33,220 nucleotides of DNA from an uncultured Candidatus Saccharibacteria bacterium (GCA_964513095.1 CAZELH010000001.1:1-33220), one strand, 5' to 3'. Shown: positions 1 through 9,005, counted from the stretch's first letter. Program-made: numbers and translations. Notes: generated by a model not told the origin, from the sequence alone.

Positions 1-172
1 CGGCTTCGTCGCTACATTTCTCAATAATAATCGGCGCTCGGCTAAAATGAGTGTTCGCCAGATACCCCATTTCAAAACTAATGAGAGAGGTAAGGGCGAT
101 GATAACCCCCAGTAAAATCGGCTGTTTTTGAGCCAAAATCCACTGTTTTATGGGGTCTGTGAAATTTGACAT
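1..172 (-). CDS. hypothetical membrane protein, partial (runs off left edge)
   Basis: ATG (complement of cat 170-172) opens a stop-free frame to position 1: MSNFTDPIKQWILAQKQPILLGVIIALTSLISFEMGYLANTHF... It has one hydrophobic helix-like stretch. It is absent from the supplied track because there is no stop in the window. Confidence 0.4.
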   Translation of the reverse strand, partial: MSNFTDPIKQWILAQKQPILLGVIIALTSLISFEMGYLANTHFSRAPIIIEKCSDEA

Positions 173-194
173 TGCTTTTTATACCTATTATTAT
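166..194 (+). promoter_or_regulatory. sigma70-like promoter for rpmA
   Basis: TTGACA (166-171), 17-nt spacer, TATTAT (189-194). This is about 24 nt upstream of the rpmA ATG, and no SD is visible. Confidence 0.5.
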
Positions 195-217
195 ATACCC
201 ATTAATTATTACGTTCT

Positions 218-496
218 ATGGCACATACCAAATCCCTAGGGACTAGCAAACTCGGTCGAGATAGCGCAGCCAAGCGTCTCGGCGTTAAGTTATTCGACGG
301 CCAAAAAGTATCGGTCGGTCAAATTATTATCCGTCAGCGAGGAAGTAAATATTTGGCAGGTACCAATGTGCGTTCCGGTGGCGATGACACACTCTACGCC
401 GCAGTATCCGGCACGATCAAATTTTCAACCGTCCGCAAAACCCGTTTTGACGGCACAAAGCGCGTCGTTAAATCTGTGGCCGTACTCGCACAGTAA
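218..496 (+). CDS. rpmA: 50S ribosomal protein L27
   Basis: N-terminus MAHTKSLGTSKLGRDSAAKRLGVKLFDGQ matches the canonical L27 signature (MAHKK..GS..NGRDS..KRLGVK). 92 aa is a typical length. Confidence 0.95.
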   Translation: MAHTKSLGTSKLGRDSAAKRLGVKLFDGQKVSVGQIIIRQRGSKYLAGTNVRSGGDDTLYAAVSGTIKFSTVRKTRFDGTKRVVKSVAVLAQ

Positions 497-917
497 TAGG
501 AGCGGTAATCCCCTTCCCGAAATCGACGACTACCGAATAGTCGCCGATTTTTTTTATCGGGTGTTCAAGCGCAACGGTTACGTGGGCTGGACCAAGATCG
601 TGGTGTTGGCGAAGTGCGGACGCGATCGTCTCTGTTGATACTGCGCCAAATAAATTACCCTTGGCATCGGTTCGTAAGTGAAAATCAAACGCAGTATCTT
701 TTAATTTCATAGCGAGTGCGCGCATTTTTTCAAGCTGTTCCGCTTCGTGATGTTTTTTGAGCGCGATATTTTTTTCTACTGCGACGCGTGTTTTATCATC
801 GGCAATAGTGCCTAATTTTCGGGCAAGCAAAAAATTGCGCGCATACCCTTCGGCAACGTCGACAATCTGACCCTTGCGGCCAATCGAACGAACATCGGCA
901 GTAAGCAGTATCTTCAT
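468..917 (-). CDS. rplI: 50S ribosomal protein L9
   Basis: MKILLTADVRSIGRKGQIVDVAEGYARNFLLARKLG is the canonical L9 N-domain. 149 aa. Confidence 0.93.
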   Translation of the reverse strand: MKILLTADVRSIGRKGQIVDVAEGYARNFLLARKLGTIADDKTRVAVEKNIALKKHHEAEQLEKMRALAMKLKDTAFDFHLRTDAKGNLFGAVSTETIASALRQHHDLGPAHVTVALEHPIKKIGDYSVVVDFGKGITAPITVRVRPQI

Positions 918-978
918 ATACCAAATAGTCTAGTCAAAAAATATGCCTCCAGCAACCCGCCCAATACCTTTAAATGCC

Positions 979-2193
979 CTATAGAGAGGCTTTTATCACC
1001 TCCAACGCCTTAGTGAGCTGAGGGTCATTTTTCTTGGCAGTATCGGCATCACTTATAGATACTTCTACATCTGGTTTTAAGCCTTCGTGATCGATAATTT
1101 TGCCCGACGGCAAGACCCAGTGCGCCACGGTAATTTTGATGGTCGAACCATCGTTCAATTCTTTTATTTGTTGTACCGTACCCTTACCAAAACTCTGTTG
1201 GCCGATAAGCTTTGCGTTTCGTTGATCATGAAGCGCACCAGCGAGAATTTCAGATGCCGAGGCAGATCCTTTGTCAATAAGAACAACCACCGGAATTCCT
1301 GAAAGTGCTTCATTGCCTTGCGCGGTAAATCGAGCATCTACACCTTTGCGCGATTCTTCAGAAACCACGACCGCTCCTTTTTTCATAAACCACCCAGCTA
1401 AGTCAACAGCTACGTCAAGATACCCACCGGGATTCCCTCGAAGATCAAGCACGATTCCTTTGGCATGCGCGGCAAGTGCTTGTCGCGCGGCAACATAAAA
1501 TTGTTCATTCACATTTCCGTTAAAGCTAAAAATCTGAATGTACGCAATGCCCCCTTCTTTCATTTCGTATTTCAGTGTCGGCACCACAATCTTGTCGCGG
1601 GTTAAAGAAAAATCTTTTGGTTTGTCCCAGCCTTCTCGAAAAATAGAAAGTTTTACCACGCTACCAATTTCACCGCGAATTTTCGAAACTGCTTCATCAA
1701 TTTCTTGATTGTCGGTTGGCTTGCCATCAATCGCAATGATAAGATCTTGCGGTTTAATTCCCGCCTTATCTGCTGGCGAATCTTTCAAAGGAGCGATAAC
1801 GGTGAGGATATTTTTTCGAAGTCCTATTTCAATGCCGACACCACCAAAATTTCCCTGCACGTCTTGTTGGAATTTTTCGCCATCAACGGGATCAAAATAT
1901 TGCGTATACGGATCACCGAGCGATGCCACGAGTCCGCGCATTGCACCGCGCACTTTATCTTGGTTAGAAACTTTATCATTGCGGAGGTATAAATCGTTGA
2001 TAGATTGCCACGCCTGCCAGAAGATGGCAAAGTCAGCACTGGAAATCAGTGTTCCCCCATCGGGATTCTGAATCCCTGAAACAACTAATTTTTCTGGTGT
2101 TTTTTGACCAAGCCGATACCCGCCCCAAAATCCGGAAGCAATCAACACAACAACCACCGCACCCGCGAAAAACTTTTTTAAAAATGGACTCAT
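979..2193 (-). CDS. S41 family C-terminal processing peptidase with PDZ domain
   Basis: PDZ-like GVGIEIG...KDSPADKAGIKPQDLIIAIDG. S41 catalytic motifs are LIDKGSASASEILAGAL (Ser) and FGKGTVQ (Lys). An N-terminal TM helix is present. The track start at 2310 is a TTG that overlaps the divergent promoter, so I prefer ATG 2193 (MSPFLKKFF...), which has TACACT 7 nt upstream. Confidence 0.85.
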   Translation of the reverse strand: MSPFLKKFFAGAVVVVLIASGFWGGYRLGQKTPEKLVVSGIQNPDGGTLISSADFAIFWQAWQSINDLYLRNDKVSNQDKVRGAMRGLVASLGDPYTQYFDPVDGEKFQQDVQGNFGGVGIEIGLRKNILTVIAPLKDSPADKAGIKPQDLIIAIDGKPTDNQEIDEAVSKIRGEIGSVVKLSIFREGWDKPKDFSLTRDKIVVPTLKYEMKEGGIAYIQIFSFNGNVNEQFYVAARQALAAHAKGIVLDLRGNPGGYLDVAVDLAGWFMKKGAVVVSEESRKGVDARFTAQGNEALSGIPVVVLIDKGSASASEILAGALHDQRNAKLIGQQSFGKGTVQQIKELNDGSTIKITVAHWVLPSGKIIDHEGLKPDVEVSISDADTAKKNDPQLTKALEVIKASL

Positions 2194-2295
2194 AAGAAAT
2201 AGTGTATCCTCATATTGTAATACATCTCTTTTGTATTGTCTTTTTTGCGTCTGTATTTCATGATCCACGATTCGTGTTTTACGCTCCGCAATTAA

Positions 2296-2324
2296 TTGAC
2301 TAATGCCCAAAAAATTGCTATGAT
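2296..2324 (+). promoter_or_regulatory. sigma70-like promoter for the 2348-def-fmt operon
   Basis: TTGACT (2296-2301), 17 nt, TATGAT (2319-2324). The ATG at 2348 is 23 nt downstream. Confidence 0.5.
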
Positions 2325-2347
2325 ATTTTCACGTACTGCCTACTCGA

Positions 2348-2608
2348 ATGAATGCAAAAAAGTACTTAGAGACTCTGGGGTCAAGAGGACGTGAGTCGAA
2401 GGCGTATCAAAAACATCAACATATTGGCGTTGAAATTGCGGAGCTGTTGGGCGATGCGAAGCACACGGGTCTCTACATTAAATTGTGTGGTCAGTATCAA
2501 CCAGAAGATCTCCTCGCCGTCGCCAAAGATATCGCCGGCAAGGGAACGGTAAAAAACAAAGGAGCGTATTTCATGAAGGTGTATAAAGAAAAAGCTCAAA
2601 AAATATAA
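2348..2608 (+). CDS. hypothetical 86-aa basic protein, first gene of the def-fmt operon
   Basis: Complete ORF placed 3 nt before def and on the same strand. No family recognised. Confidence 0.55.
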   Translation: MNAKKYLETLGSRGRESKAYQKHQHIGVEIAELLGDAKHTGLYIKLCGQYQPEDLLAVAKDIAGKGTVKNKGAYFMKVYKEKAQKI

Positions 2609-2611
2609 TCT

Positions 2612-3118
2612 ATGAGTCTAGACGTCAGAAAACATAGTGCAATCGTAACGATCGCCGACAAAAAAGATGAAAAATTTTTGCGAGAAAAAACGCAAGATTT
2701 TGATTTCTCAAAACACACGCCGTCAGAAGTCACGATCCTCATTTCTCATATGCGCAAGATGATGCGTCAGGCGAAAGGAATTGGGCTCTCCGCAAATCAA
2801 ATTGGACTTCCATGGCGAGTATTCGTGGCAGAAATTGGAGATGTGTCTGGAGGAGTAAAATTTTACGCAGTATTTAATCCACGCATAGAGCGCACCGGAA
2901 AAGAAAGTATTGCGTTTGAGGAGGGGTGTTTGAGCGTTCCTAAATTGTACGGCCCCGTAGAACGACCGAAAGAAGTAGTGATAAAATGTTTAAATAAACA
3001 AGGGAAGCCTTTGAAAATCAAAGCATGGGGCATGCTCGCGCGGGTTTTCCAACACGAGATTGATCATCTCGACGGTAAGTTATTTATCGATAAAGCAAAA
3101 TCAACTAGACCATCATAA
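2612..3118 (+). CDS. def: peptide deformylase
   Basis: All three deformylase motifs are present: GIGLSANQIG, EGCLSVP, QHEIDHLDG. Confidence 0.93.
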   Translation: MSLDVRKHSAIVTIADKKDEKFLREKTQDFDFSKHTPSEVTILISHMRKMMRQAKGIGLSANQIGLPWRVFVAEIGDVSGGVKFYAVFNPRIERTGKESIAFEEGCLSVPKLYGPVERPKEVVIKCLNKQGKPLKIKAWGMLARVFQHEIDHLDGKLFIDKAKSTRPS

Positions 3119-3127
3119 TTTTTTTAA

Positions 3128-3988
3128 ATGCGTTATATATTTTTTGGATCCGCGGAATTTTCATTGCTCGTATTGCAAAAATTAGTAAATGCTGACATGA
3201 CACCGGTAGCGGTAGTGTGTAATCCAGATCGCCCTGTTGGTCGCAAAAAAATTATCACCCCGCCATTGGTTAAAACATTTGCCGAAGAACACGGTATCCC
3301 CGTCCTCCAGCCAGAAAAAGTAACGGCGGATATATTTGCACCATTTGGAGACATTGATTGTTTTGTGATTGCCTCATACGCAAAAATTATTTCTCAAGCG
3401 GTGTTGGATATTCCAAAGGTAGGTACAGTCGGTGTGCATCCATCGTTTTTGCCAAAATACCGTGGATCAACCCCTATTCAAACCGTCATCGCTGAAGGTG
3501 TAAAGGAAACAGGGGTGACCTTGTTTATTGTCGATGACAAAGTAGATCACGGACCTATTATCGCGCAATCTGCGCCGGTGGCAGTTGATGTCGGATATTA
3601 TAAAGATTTAGAAACCGAACTCGCGCTCGTGGGCGGTGATTTATTGGTTGAAACGTTACCGAAATTAGTGGCGGGCACCGCGCAATTTCAGATACAAAAT
3701 GAATCAGAAGCAACGCTCACAAAAAAATTAAAAACGGAAGATGGATTTGTTGCATTCGATGATTTCGAAGCGGCCCGCGCTGGTGATTTAGACAAAGCCG
3801 CCGCTATTGAGCGAAAAATTCGTGCGTACACGCCAGAACCGGGAGTGTGGACACAGGTGGATTCAGCAACATTTGGTGAACTGCACATAGAAAATAAGCG
3901 CGTGAAATTGCTTGAAGGAATTGTCAGTGCTGACGGACTTGTTATTACGGTGTTACAAATTGAAGGAGAAACGCCAAAAAGAGTGTAA
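3128..3988 (+). CDS. fmt: methionyl-tRNA formyltransferase
   Basis: HPSFLPKYRGSTPIQ formyltransferase core, N-terminal IFFGS.EF, def-fmt synteny. Confidence 0.93.
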   Translation: MRYIFFGSAEFSLLVLQKLVNADMTPVAVVCNPDRPVGRKKIITPPLVKTFAEEHGIPVLQPEKVTADIFAPFGDIDCFVIASYAKIISQAVLDIPKVGTVGVHPSFLPKYRGSTPIQTVIAEGVKETGVTLFIVDDKVDHGPIIAQSAPVAVDVGYYKDLETELALVGGDLLVETLPKLVAGTAQFQIQNESEATLTKKLKTEDGFVAFDDFEAARAGDLDKAAAIERKIRAYTPEPGVWTQVDSATFGELHIENKRVKLLEGIVSADGLVITVLQIEGETPKRV

Positions 3989-3997
3989 GGAAAAAAA

Positions 3998-4182
3998 GCC
4001 AGCCACTAGCCAATAGGGTTTAGGCACTAGTAAGAAATTACGAATTGAGTGTTGCGGATTAAAACACTCTTTCTGCCTCGCTTCACCATATTTTACGATA
4101 CCTGCCTACCGGTTTATTAAGCCGTAATTTTAATGAAGGCTAGCAGGCAGGCGCGTTACAAGACACGTGATTTGCGATTTCC
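3998..4182. repeat. intergenic repeat mosaic A
   Basis: Contains gccagccactagccaatagggtttaggcactag (3998-4030), ttgcggatt (4052-4060, the reverse complement of AATCCGCAA), the 51-nt module (4101-4151) and gatttgcgatttcc (4169-4182). All of these recur in other intergenic regions of this window. Confidence 0.7.
4101..4151 (+). repeat. 51-nt hairpin module, copy 1
   Basis: cctgcctaccggtttattaagccgtaattttaatgaaggctagcaggcagg. The termini CCTGCCT/AGGCAGG pair. Its reverse complement matches 10070-10120 at 49 of 51 positions. Confidence 0.85.
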
Positions 4183-4185
4183 AGT

Positions 4186-4214
4186 TTGACAAAATTATAA
4201 ATAAAATACATAAT
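4186..4214 (+). promoter_or_regulatory. sigma70-like promoter for the 4269-5112 small-protein operon
   Basis: TTGACA (4186-4191), 17 nt, CATAAT (4209-4214). Confidence 0.45.
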
Positions 4215-4268
4215 AATAAAAGACAAGTTCGTTAAAAATTCAAAACCTCAAATCGAAAGGACGCATCT

Positions 4269-4493
4269 ATGGGAATGGAAATTGTGGTAATTATTGTGAT
4301 TTTCATGGCTATTTTTTTAGTAGCCGCGTTGAACGGACCAAAAATTCAATCCAAGCCGGTTCAATCAGAACCCGAGGAAGAAACTGTCTCGGAAATCCAA
4401 GCCACTTATTTCCAAGCAGTAACTCAGGATTTACAAGGCGATGAGAAATCGGCACGGATTAAAAAATACCTCCGCGACAACCCAATCGACTAA
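4269..4493 (+). CDS. hypothetical small membrane protein (74 aa)
   Basis: SD AAAGGA (4256-4261) lies 7 nt before the ATG. N-terminal TM helix IVVIIVIFMAIFLVAAL followed by an acidic tail. Confidence 0.6.
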   Translation: MGMEIVVIIVIFMAIFLVAALNGPKIQSKPVQSEPEEETVSEIQATYFQAVTQDLQGDEKSARIKKYLRDNPID

Positions 4494-4510
4494 CAAAAAG
4501 GAGTGAGTAT

Positions 4511-4768
4511 ATGAATCAAAAAATGATTATTCGCACGGAGTACTACCCCACACGATGCGAAATTTGCCATCAATCCGATTTGTTTGATCCACAAACAAAT
4601 GAGTGTGTCCGATGTGTTCTATACAAATCAACACCGGCAAAAACCATCGATAAGCCAACCGGTAATCAAATTGCGGACTTATTATTGGGGATTGCATTGG
4701 TTTTAAGTGCAATGTTGTTAATAATGTTGCTTGTTGATCCCCCATCCCCCATTCTAGTTTTTGGGTAA
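4511..4768 (+). CDS. hypothetical zinc-ribbon plus C-terminal TM protein (85 aa)
   Basis: SD AAAGGAG (4497-4503). Two CxxC pairs (CEIC ... CVRC), then TM LLLGIALVLSAMLLIMLLV. Confidence 0.6.
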   Translation: MNQKMIIRTEYYPTRCEICHQSDLFDPQTNECVRCVLYKSTPAKTIDKPTGNQIADLLLGIALVLSAMLLIMLLVDPPSPILVFG

Positions 4769-4806
4769 CAATCAAAAAACCGGCAGACTAACCGAAAGGA
4801 ATTTGT

Positions 4807-5112
4807 ATGAATGAAAAATACGAGAAGGGCAAACCAAGTGAATCCTTGTCTCAAAGCGCAAAGAGAGTAAAGGCGCTAATAATATTTATGTGTATCTATG
4901 GCAGTATGTTGCTACTTTGCAGCATTGCAGTGGGCTATAAGATTACACAGAGCATAATCGGGTTACTGCTCTTGAATGGCGGTTTGATTGCAACCTTGCA
5001 ACTCCGCATTGCAATCGAAAAAGAAAAGATGAATGTATGGAGAACCAGCGCACTGGCCATCATGGCCATAGTATGTGTTATCGGATTGTACGCTGTAACC
5101 ATCACCCGATAA
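4807..5112 (+). CDS. hypothetical multi-pass small membrane protein (101 aa)
   Basis: SD AAAGGA (4795-4800). About three hydrophobic helices. Confidence 0.6.
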   Translation: MNEKYEKGKPSESLSQSAKRVKALIIFMCIYGSMLLLCSIAVGYKITQSIIGLLLLNGGLIATLQLRIAIEKEKMNVWRTSALAIMAIVCVIGLYAVTITR

Positions 5113-5149
5113 TCATTTTTGTGCGTAAAAGAACAACGCTTAAATCAAA

Positions 5150-5175
5150 GGTCGCTTATTGCAAGCGGCCTTTTT
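5150..5175 (+). terminator. rho-independent terminator
   Basis: Stem GGTCGCTT/AAGCGGCC (one G-U pair), loop attgc, then TTTTT (5171-5175). The preceding AAA makes it potentially bidirectional. Confidence 0.65.
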
Positions 5176-5226
5176 GCATCTTTCCGATTCCCTATTTTTT
5201 CTTTTGTATTTACTACACCCTACACC

Positions 5227-5850
5227 CTATACCCTAGTGGCTAACTGTAAATGCTTCCCCTCCAACCCAAACTCCGCGATAATTTTGTTTGCGCCGTCCC
5301 AATCAAGATTTTTGAAAAATGCCTCCATATAATTTTTTCGATCAACACCGTAATCAATGAAATAGGCATGCTCATACACGTCTAAAGCAACGAGTGGAAT
5401 TGCCCCCCACACCGCGCCTACGTTATGCGCATCGCTCCCGTAGTTATGGAGGTGGTTATCGCCCAAATCATAGGCCAAAATTGCCCATCCACGGGCCGAT
5501 ACGCCGGTTGCCAGCATATCTGCTTTCCATGCCTCAATACTGCCAAATTCGGCTTCTATCATGCCTTTTAGGGCTCCTGTAGGCTCTCCAGTGCCCGTTA
5601 ATTGGCCGAAATAGACCTCATGGAGCTTCATGCCGTTTACCGCAAAGGTTTCCTGTCGTTTCAGCTCCCCAAACTCGCTGTATACCCCATTGGCCGTTGC
5701 CTTATCCGCCCCCTCTAACTTCTCCTGAATTTCATTCGTTTTTTTCACATATCCTTCGTATAGCTTAAAATGGTTCTGCACCATTTTTAAACTCAACCCC
5801 TCCTGATCTTTTTCTATTTTTAACGTATGTGGTTCAAATTGTTTTCTCAT
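5227..5850 (-). CDS. Fe/Mn-family superoxide dismutase
   Basis: C-terminal metal-ligand motif DVYEHAYFIDYG (D-x-W/Y-E-H-A-Y), LHEVYF histidine region, about 200 aa. Confidence 0.85.
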   Translation of the reverse strand: MRKQFEPHTLKIEKDQEGLSLKMVQNHFKLYEGYVKKTNEIQEKLEGADKATANGVYSEFGELKRQETFAVNGMKLHEVYFGQLTGTGEPTGALKGMIEAEFGSIEAWKADMLATGVSARGWAILAYDLGDNHLHNYGSDAHNVGAVWGAIPLVALDVYEHAYFIDYGVDRKNYMEAFFKNLDWDGANKIIAEFGLEGKHLQLATRV

Positions 5851-5928
5851 GGATTAATGATACTCAAGCCACGTAGGTATAGCCAATAGCTTTCAAGAAG
5901 CGATCAACAAAGTTGATTTAATGAGTTT

Positions 5929-6648
5929 TTATGTGTGTTTTTGTAAATACAGCGTTCTTTTATTTGTGGGAAATCTTTCAATCGCGTATCGCAACATTGT
6001 GCGGGGCATAGTTTTATAATGCTTTTGTAAGAATGATTCTTCAGTAGGCAACGATTTCTTTCCCACTTCGCGTAGCATCCAACCAACTGCTTTATGAATT
6101 AAATCATGGTCGTCACCAAGCAAAATTTCAGAAATTCTTAGCGTTAGTTTAAATTCATTATTTTTTATAAAATAAAACGTTGCAATAATTGCCACTCGTC
6201 GAGTCCATAAATCATTTGATTGAGCCATTTTTTCTAATAAAAGAAAATCTTTTTGGGCAAAAAATAGATAGGCGCCCACTATTTTGTCGGCGGAAGAATC
6301 AACCAAATCCCAGTTGTTTACTCGATGTAGGTGTGTTAAATAAAAATCAAAGATATTTTTTTTATCGGACAGTTCAGCTTTTTGAAATTTTTGCACAAGG
6401 AGCAATAGCGCGGTAAGTCGGTGTTCGTGAATGGGAGAATACAAGAGTTTCTTGATGTCGAACAAAGAAGTAATCATAAAATATCGTTTTACTATTGCTC
6501 GCTGTTGAGGTACAGTGACGCCCAAAAAAATATCGCCATAGCCATATTCTCCTACTCCCGTTTTGAAAAACCGTCGCAGGACAAGGGATTTTTTACGATT
6601 CTTTAAATGCAAGAGGTCGCGAACAATGGATGCGTGTGCGGATTTCAT
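5929..6648 (-). CDS. DNA alkylation repair protein (AlkD-like HEAT-repeat family)
   Basis: FFKTGVGEYGYGDIFLGVTVPQQR, NNWDLVDSSA, LWTRRVAIIAT and HKAVGWMLREVGK are typical of the DNA_alkylation/AlkD family. Confidence 0.8.
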   Translation of the reverse strand: MKSAHASIVRDLLHLKNRKKSLVLRRFFKTGVGEYGYGDIFLGVTVPQQRAIVKRYFMITSLFDIKKLLYSPIHEHRLTALLLLVQKFQKAELSDKKNIFDFYLTHLHRVNNWDLVDSSADKIVGAYLFFAQKDFLLLEKMAQSNDLWTRRVAIIATFYFIKNNEFKLTLRISEILLGDDHDLIHKAVGWMLREVGKKSLPTEESFLQKHYKTMPRTMLRYAIERFPTNKRTLYLQKHT

Positions 6649-6727
6649 GTTCCTATTTTAAAAATAAAGAAATTATCAGCATATTTTATTCTCGCTGTGT
6701 CGATAGCATCTGTTATAATACGAAGAT

Positions 6728-7531
6728 ATGAAAGGTATTTCAAAGATGGGAATGGTAGTGCTGGTCGTATTAATTGTTGGCGCCGGTATATTAGCCATAA
6801 AATACAACAAGGAACCAAGAAAAAATAGCATACAAAATGATGCTGGAAGTGTCGATGTAACGGTAAAAACCATTGAGAGAAAAACGGCATACGCAAGCAT
6901 ACACGCCGAATTCCCACAGTTCGATAAGGTACCAGTAGCGTTTAATAAAAAAATTGAAGCACTTATCACCACCGCCATTACCGATCACGAAAAAAAATCG
7001 GCAGAAAACTGGAAAGCACGGTGGGAAACAAGCGGAAAAGATGGTAGTGTCGCCGAATTCCCTGCCCCAAATGAATTATTAGAATTTTTTGCAAGCTGGG
7101 AACCAAAAGAAATTTCCCCAAATCGAATCAGTATTCTTATTCGATTTGGTGGATTTTCAGGCGGAGCGCACGGATACGAAGATGTCGGAACGTTCAATTA
7201 TGATCTAAAAAATAATCACGAAATTACGTTGGCAGATATGTTCCCAACCGATCAAAACTATCTCCAAACCATATCCGGTTTCGCGCGGAATGAGCTCATT
7301 GCCCACTTCAAAGACGTATATCGAGCGGATGCCCCAGGGAAAACCGTCAAAGAACAAGAACAGTGGTTTAATGATTCTATTGTTTCGGCGATCAAAGATG
7401 GCACTACGCCAACCATTGAGAATTTCCAGAACTTCACTATAGAACCGCATACAATTACCTTCTACTTCCCTCGGTACCAAGTAGCTTCGTATGCAGCCGG
7501 TGAACAGCGAGTAGTAATGCCTCGTTTATAA
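6728..7531 (+). CDS. DUF3298/DUF4163-type secreted or anchored protein
   Basis: N-terminal TM anchor. FSGGAHGYEDVGTFNYDLKNNHEITLADMF is the characteristic DUF3298 core. TGtTATAAT (6711-6719) lies 8 nt upstream of the ATG. Confidence 0.7.
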   Translation: MKGISKMGMVVLVVLIVGAGILAIKYNKEPRKNSIQNDAGSVDVTVKTIERKTAYASIHAEFPQFDKVPVAFNKKIEALITTAITDHEKKSAENWKARWETSGKDGSVAEFPAPNELLEFFASWEPKEISPNRISILIRFGGFSGGAHGYEDVGTFNYDLKNNHEITLADMFPTDQNYLQTISGFARNELIAHFKDVYRADAPGKTVKEQEQWFNDSIVSAIKDGTTPTIENFQNFTIEPHTITFYFPRYQVASYAAGEQRVVMPRL

Positions 7532-7543
7532 GGAAGAAAAACA

Positions 7544-7572
7544 TTGATTTTTTAGAAAAATTATGAGATAAT
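7544..7572 (+). promoter_or_regulatory. sigma70-like promoter for 7606 gene
   Basis: TTGATT (7544-7549), 17 nt, GATAAT (7567-7572), followed by the small hairpin GATGC ttcgc GCATC. Confidence 0.45.
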
Positions 7573-7605
7573 GATGCTTCGCGCATCAGCGAATCATCTT
7601 GGATT

Positions 7606-8670
7606 ATGGATATATTACCTCTAAAAAAATATAAACTATTAATAGCAACGCTCTACGCGATAGGTATCGCGTTTGCTCTCTTCGGTTTTTTGCTTACCGT
7701 AGTATTTTTTGCGGTGAAGTTTGGTTTTACGAACATCTCCGGATCCATTGATCTCAATGATCGAGAGATAACGAGCATCTACAAAACAACCGAAAAAGAA
7801 AAAAATAGCGATATAAAAAATCTGTGGTGCGGGGTAATGGCACTTTCACAGTATGCGCCGGTAAATGGGAGTTTAATTGCCCAGTATCTGCGCGCAGCTG
7901 AAAAACCAACGCAGGCAACGCGAATGATTGAGGCTACCCTCCTCCGTGCTTCACAAAAAGAAAAAATACAGAGCGCTATTGAAGACTGTCAAAAATCACA
8001 AACGACTGTGCGTGATACCAGTCTTTTTGCATGGATGAATACACCAGAGTGGCACGCGTTAGCGCAAGCACTCATAAAAGATGCTCCTGTTATTCAAAAG
8101 GTAGCGCAAGAAACGGGTGTCCCCTCACGACTGATTACGATGCAGGTTATCGGAGAACAGATGCGATTATTTACCTCTGATCGTGAATTATTTAAACAAG
8201 TATTTTCTCCATTAAAAATATTGGGGAGCGAAACACAATTTTCATTGGGAGTGAGTGGGATTAAAGAAGAAACAGCAAAGCAGATAGAAGAAAATCTTCG
8301 CAATCCATCATCCCCCTACTACATCGGAAAACAGTACGAACACGTGCTTGATTTCCAAAATCAAGATGACGCAACCAACGAAAGAATTACACGCATTACC
8401 GACAGTCGCAATCACTACTACGCATACCTTTATACCGCGTTATTTATAAAACAGGTGGAAACACAGTGGAAATCAAGCGGATTCGATATTTCCGATCGAC
8501 CAGAAATACTGGCAACATTGTTTAATATTGGATTTGCCCATTCAATACCAAACGCCAATCCTCAAATTGGCGGTGCCCCAATTACGATTGATGGCCGTGA
8601 ATACACATTTGGCTCAATCGGATACGACTTCTACTATTCGGGTGAGCTACAAGAACAGTTTCCGTTGTAA
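7606..8670 (+). CDS. hypothetical membrane-anchored protein (354 aa)
   Basis: N-terminal TM helix. GVPSRLITMQVIGEQ ... LGVSGIKEETA faintly resembles a lytic-transglycosylase-like fold, but this is only a weak eye-level resemblance. Confidence 0.65.
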   Translation: MDILPLKKYKLLIATLYAIGIAFALFGFLLTVVFFAVKFGFTNISGSIDLNDREITSIYKTTEKEKNSDIKNLWCGVMALSQYAPVNGSLIAQYLRAAEKPTQATRMIEATLLRASQKEKIQSAIEDCQKSQTTVRDTSLFAWMNTPEWHALAQALIKDAPVIQKVAQETGVPSRLITMQVIGEQMRLFTSDRELFKQVFSPLKILGSETQFSLGVSGIKEETAKQIEENLRNPSSPYYIGKQYEHVLDFQNQDDATNERITRITDSRNHYYAYLYTALFIKQVETQWKSSGFDISDRPEILATLFNIGFAHSIPNANPQIGGAPITIDGREYTFGSIGYDFYYSGELQEQFPL

Positions 8671-8681
8671 CACATACAAAA

Positions 8682-8710
8682 ATCCCCTCGATGATGAGGG
8701 GATTTTTTTT
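8682..8710. terminator. bidirectional rho-independent terminator
   Basis: ATCCCCTC gatgat GAGGGGAT followed by T8 on the + strand. It is preceded by A-rich sequence, so the - strand also reads hairpin plus Us. It lies between convergent genes. Confidence 0.85.
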
Positions 8711-8731
8711 GCGAAAACAGTCTAAGAAGAA

Positions 8732-8977
8732 TTACAAGGCTTGAATATCGCTGTTGGTGGTTTGGACTTCCGCATTCACATTTCCATCAACAATAACGTT
8801 GTTTAAATCGGCGGTAATGGAATCAGTGGAGTCAGCTTCAACGGTTTGAGCCGTTTGCTGAGTTTCTTGATTTTGTTGAGCAGATTGATCGGTAGGATTT
8901 TTTCCATACATATACCATGCGCCGAAGGCAATAACGATAACAACGGCAGCGACAATAGAAAGAGTAGTTTTGTTCAT
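8732..8977 (-). CDS. hypothetical small anchored protein (81 aa)
   Basis: N-terminal TM LSIVAAVVIVIAFGAWYMY, then a Q/T/D-rich low-complexity tail. Confidence 0.55.
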   Translation of the reverse strand: MNKTTLSIVAAVVIVIAFGAWYMYGKNPTDQSAQQNQETQQTAQTVEADSTDSITADLNNVIVDGNVNAEVQTTNSDIQAL

Positions 8978-9005
8978 AGAAGTAATAAGGGGTGAATGAA
9001 AGAAA

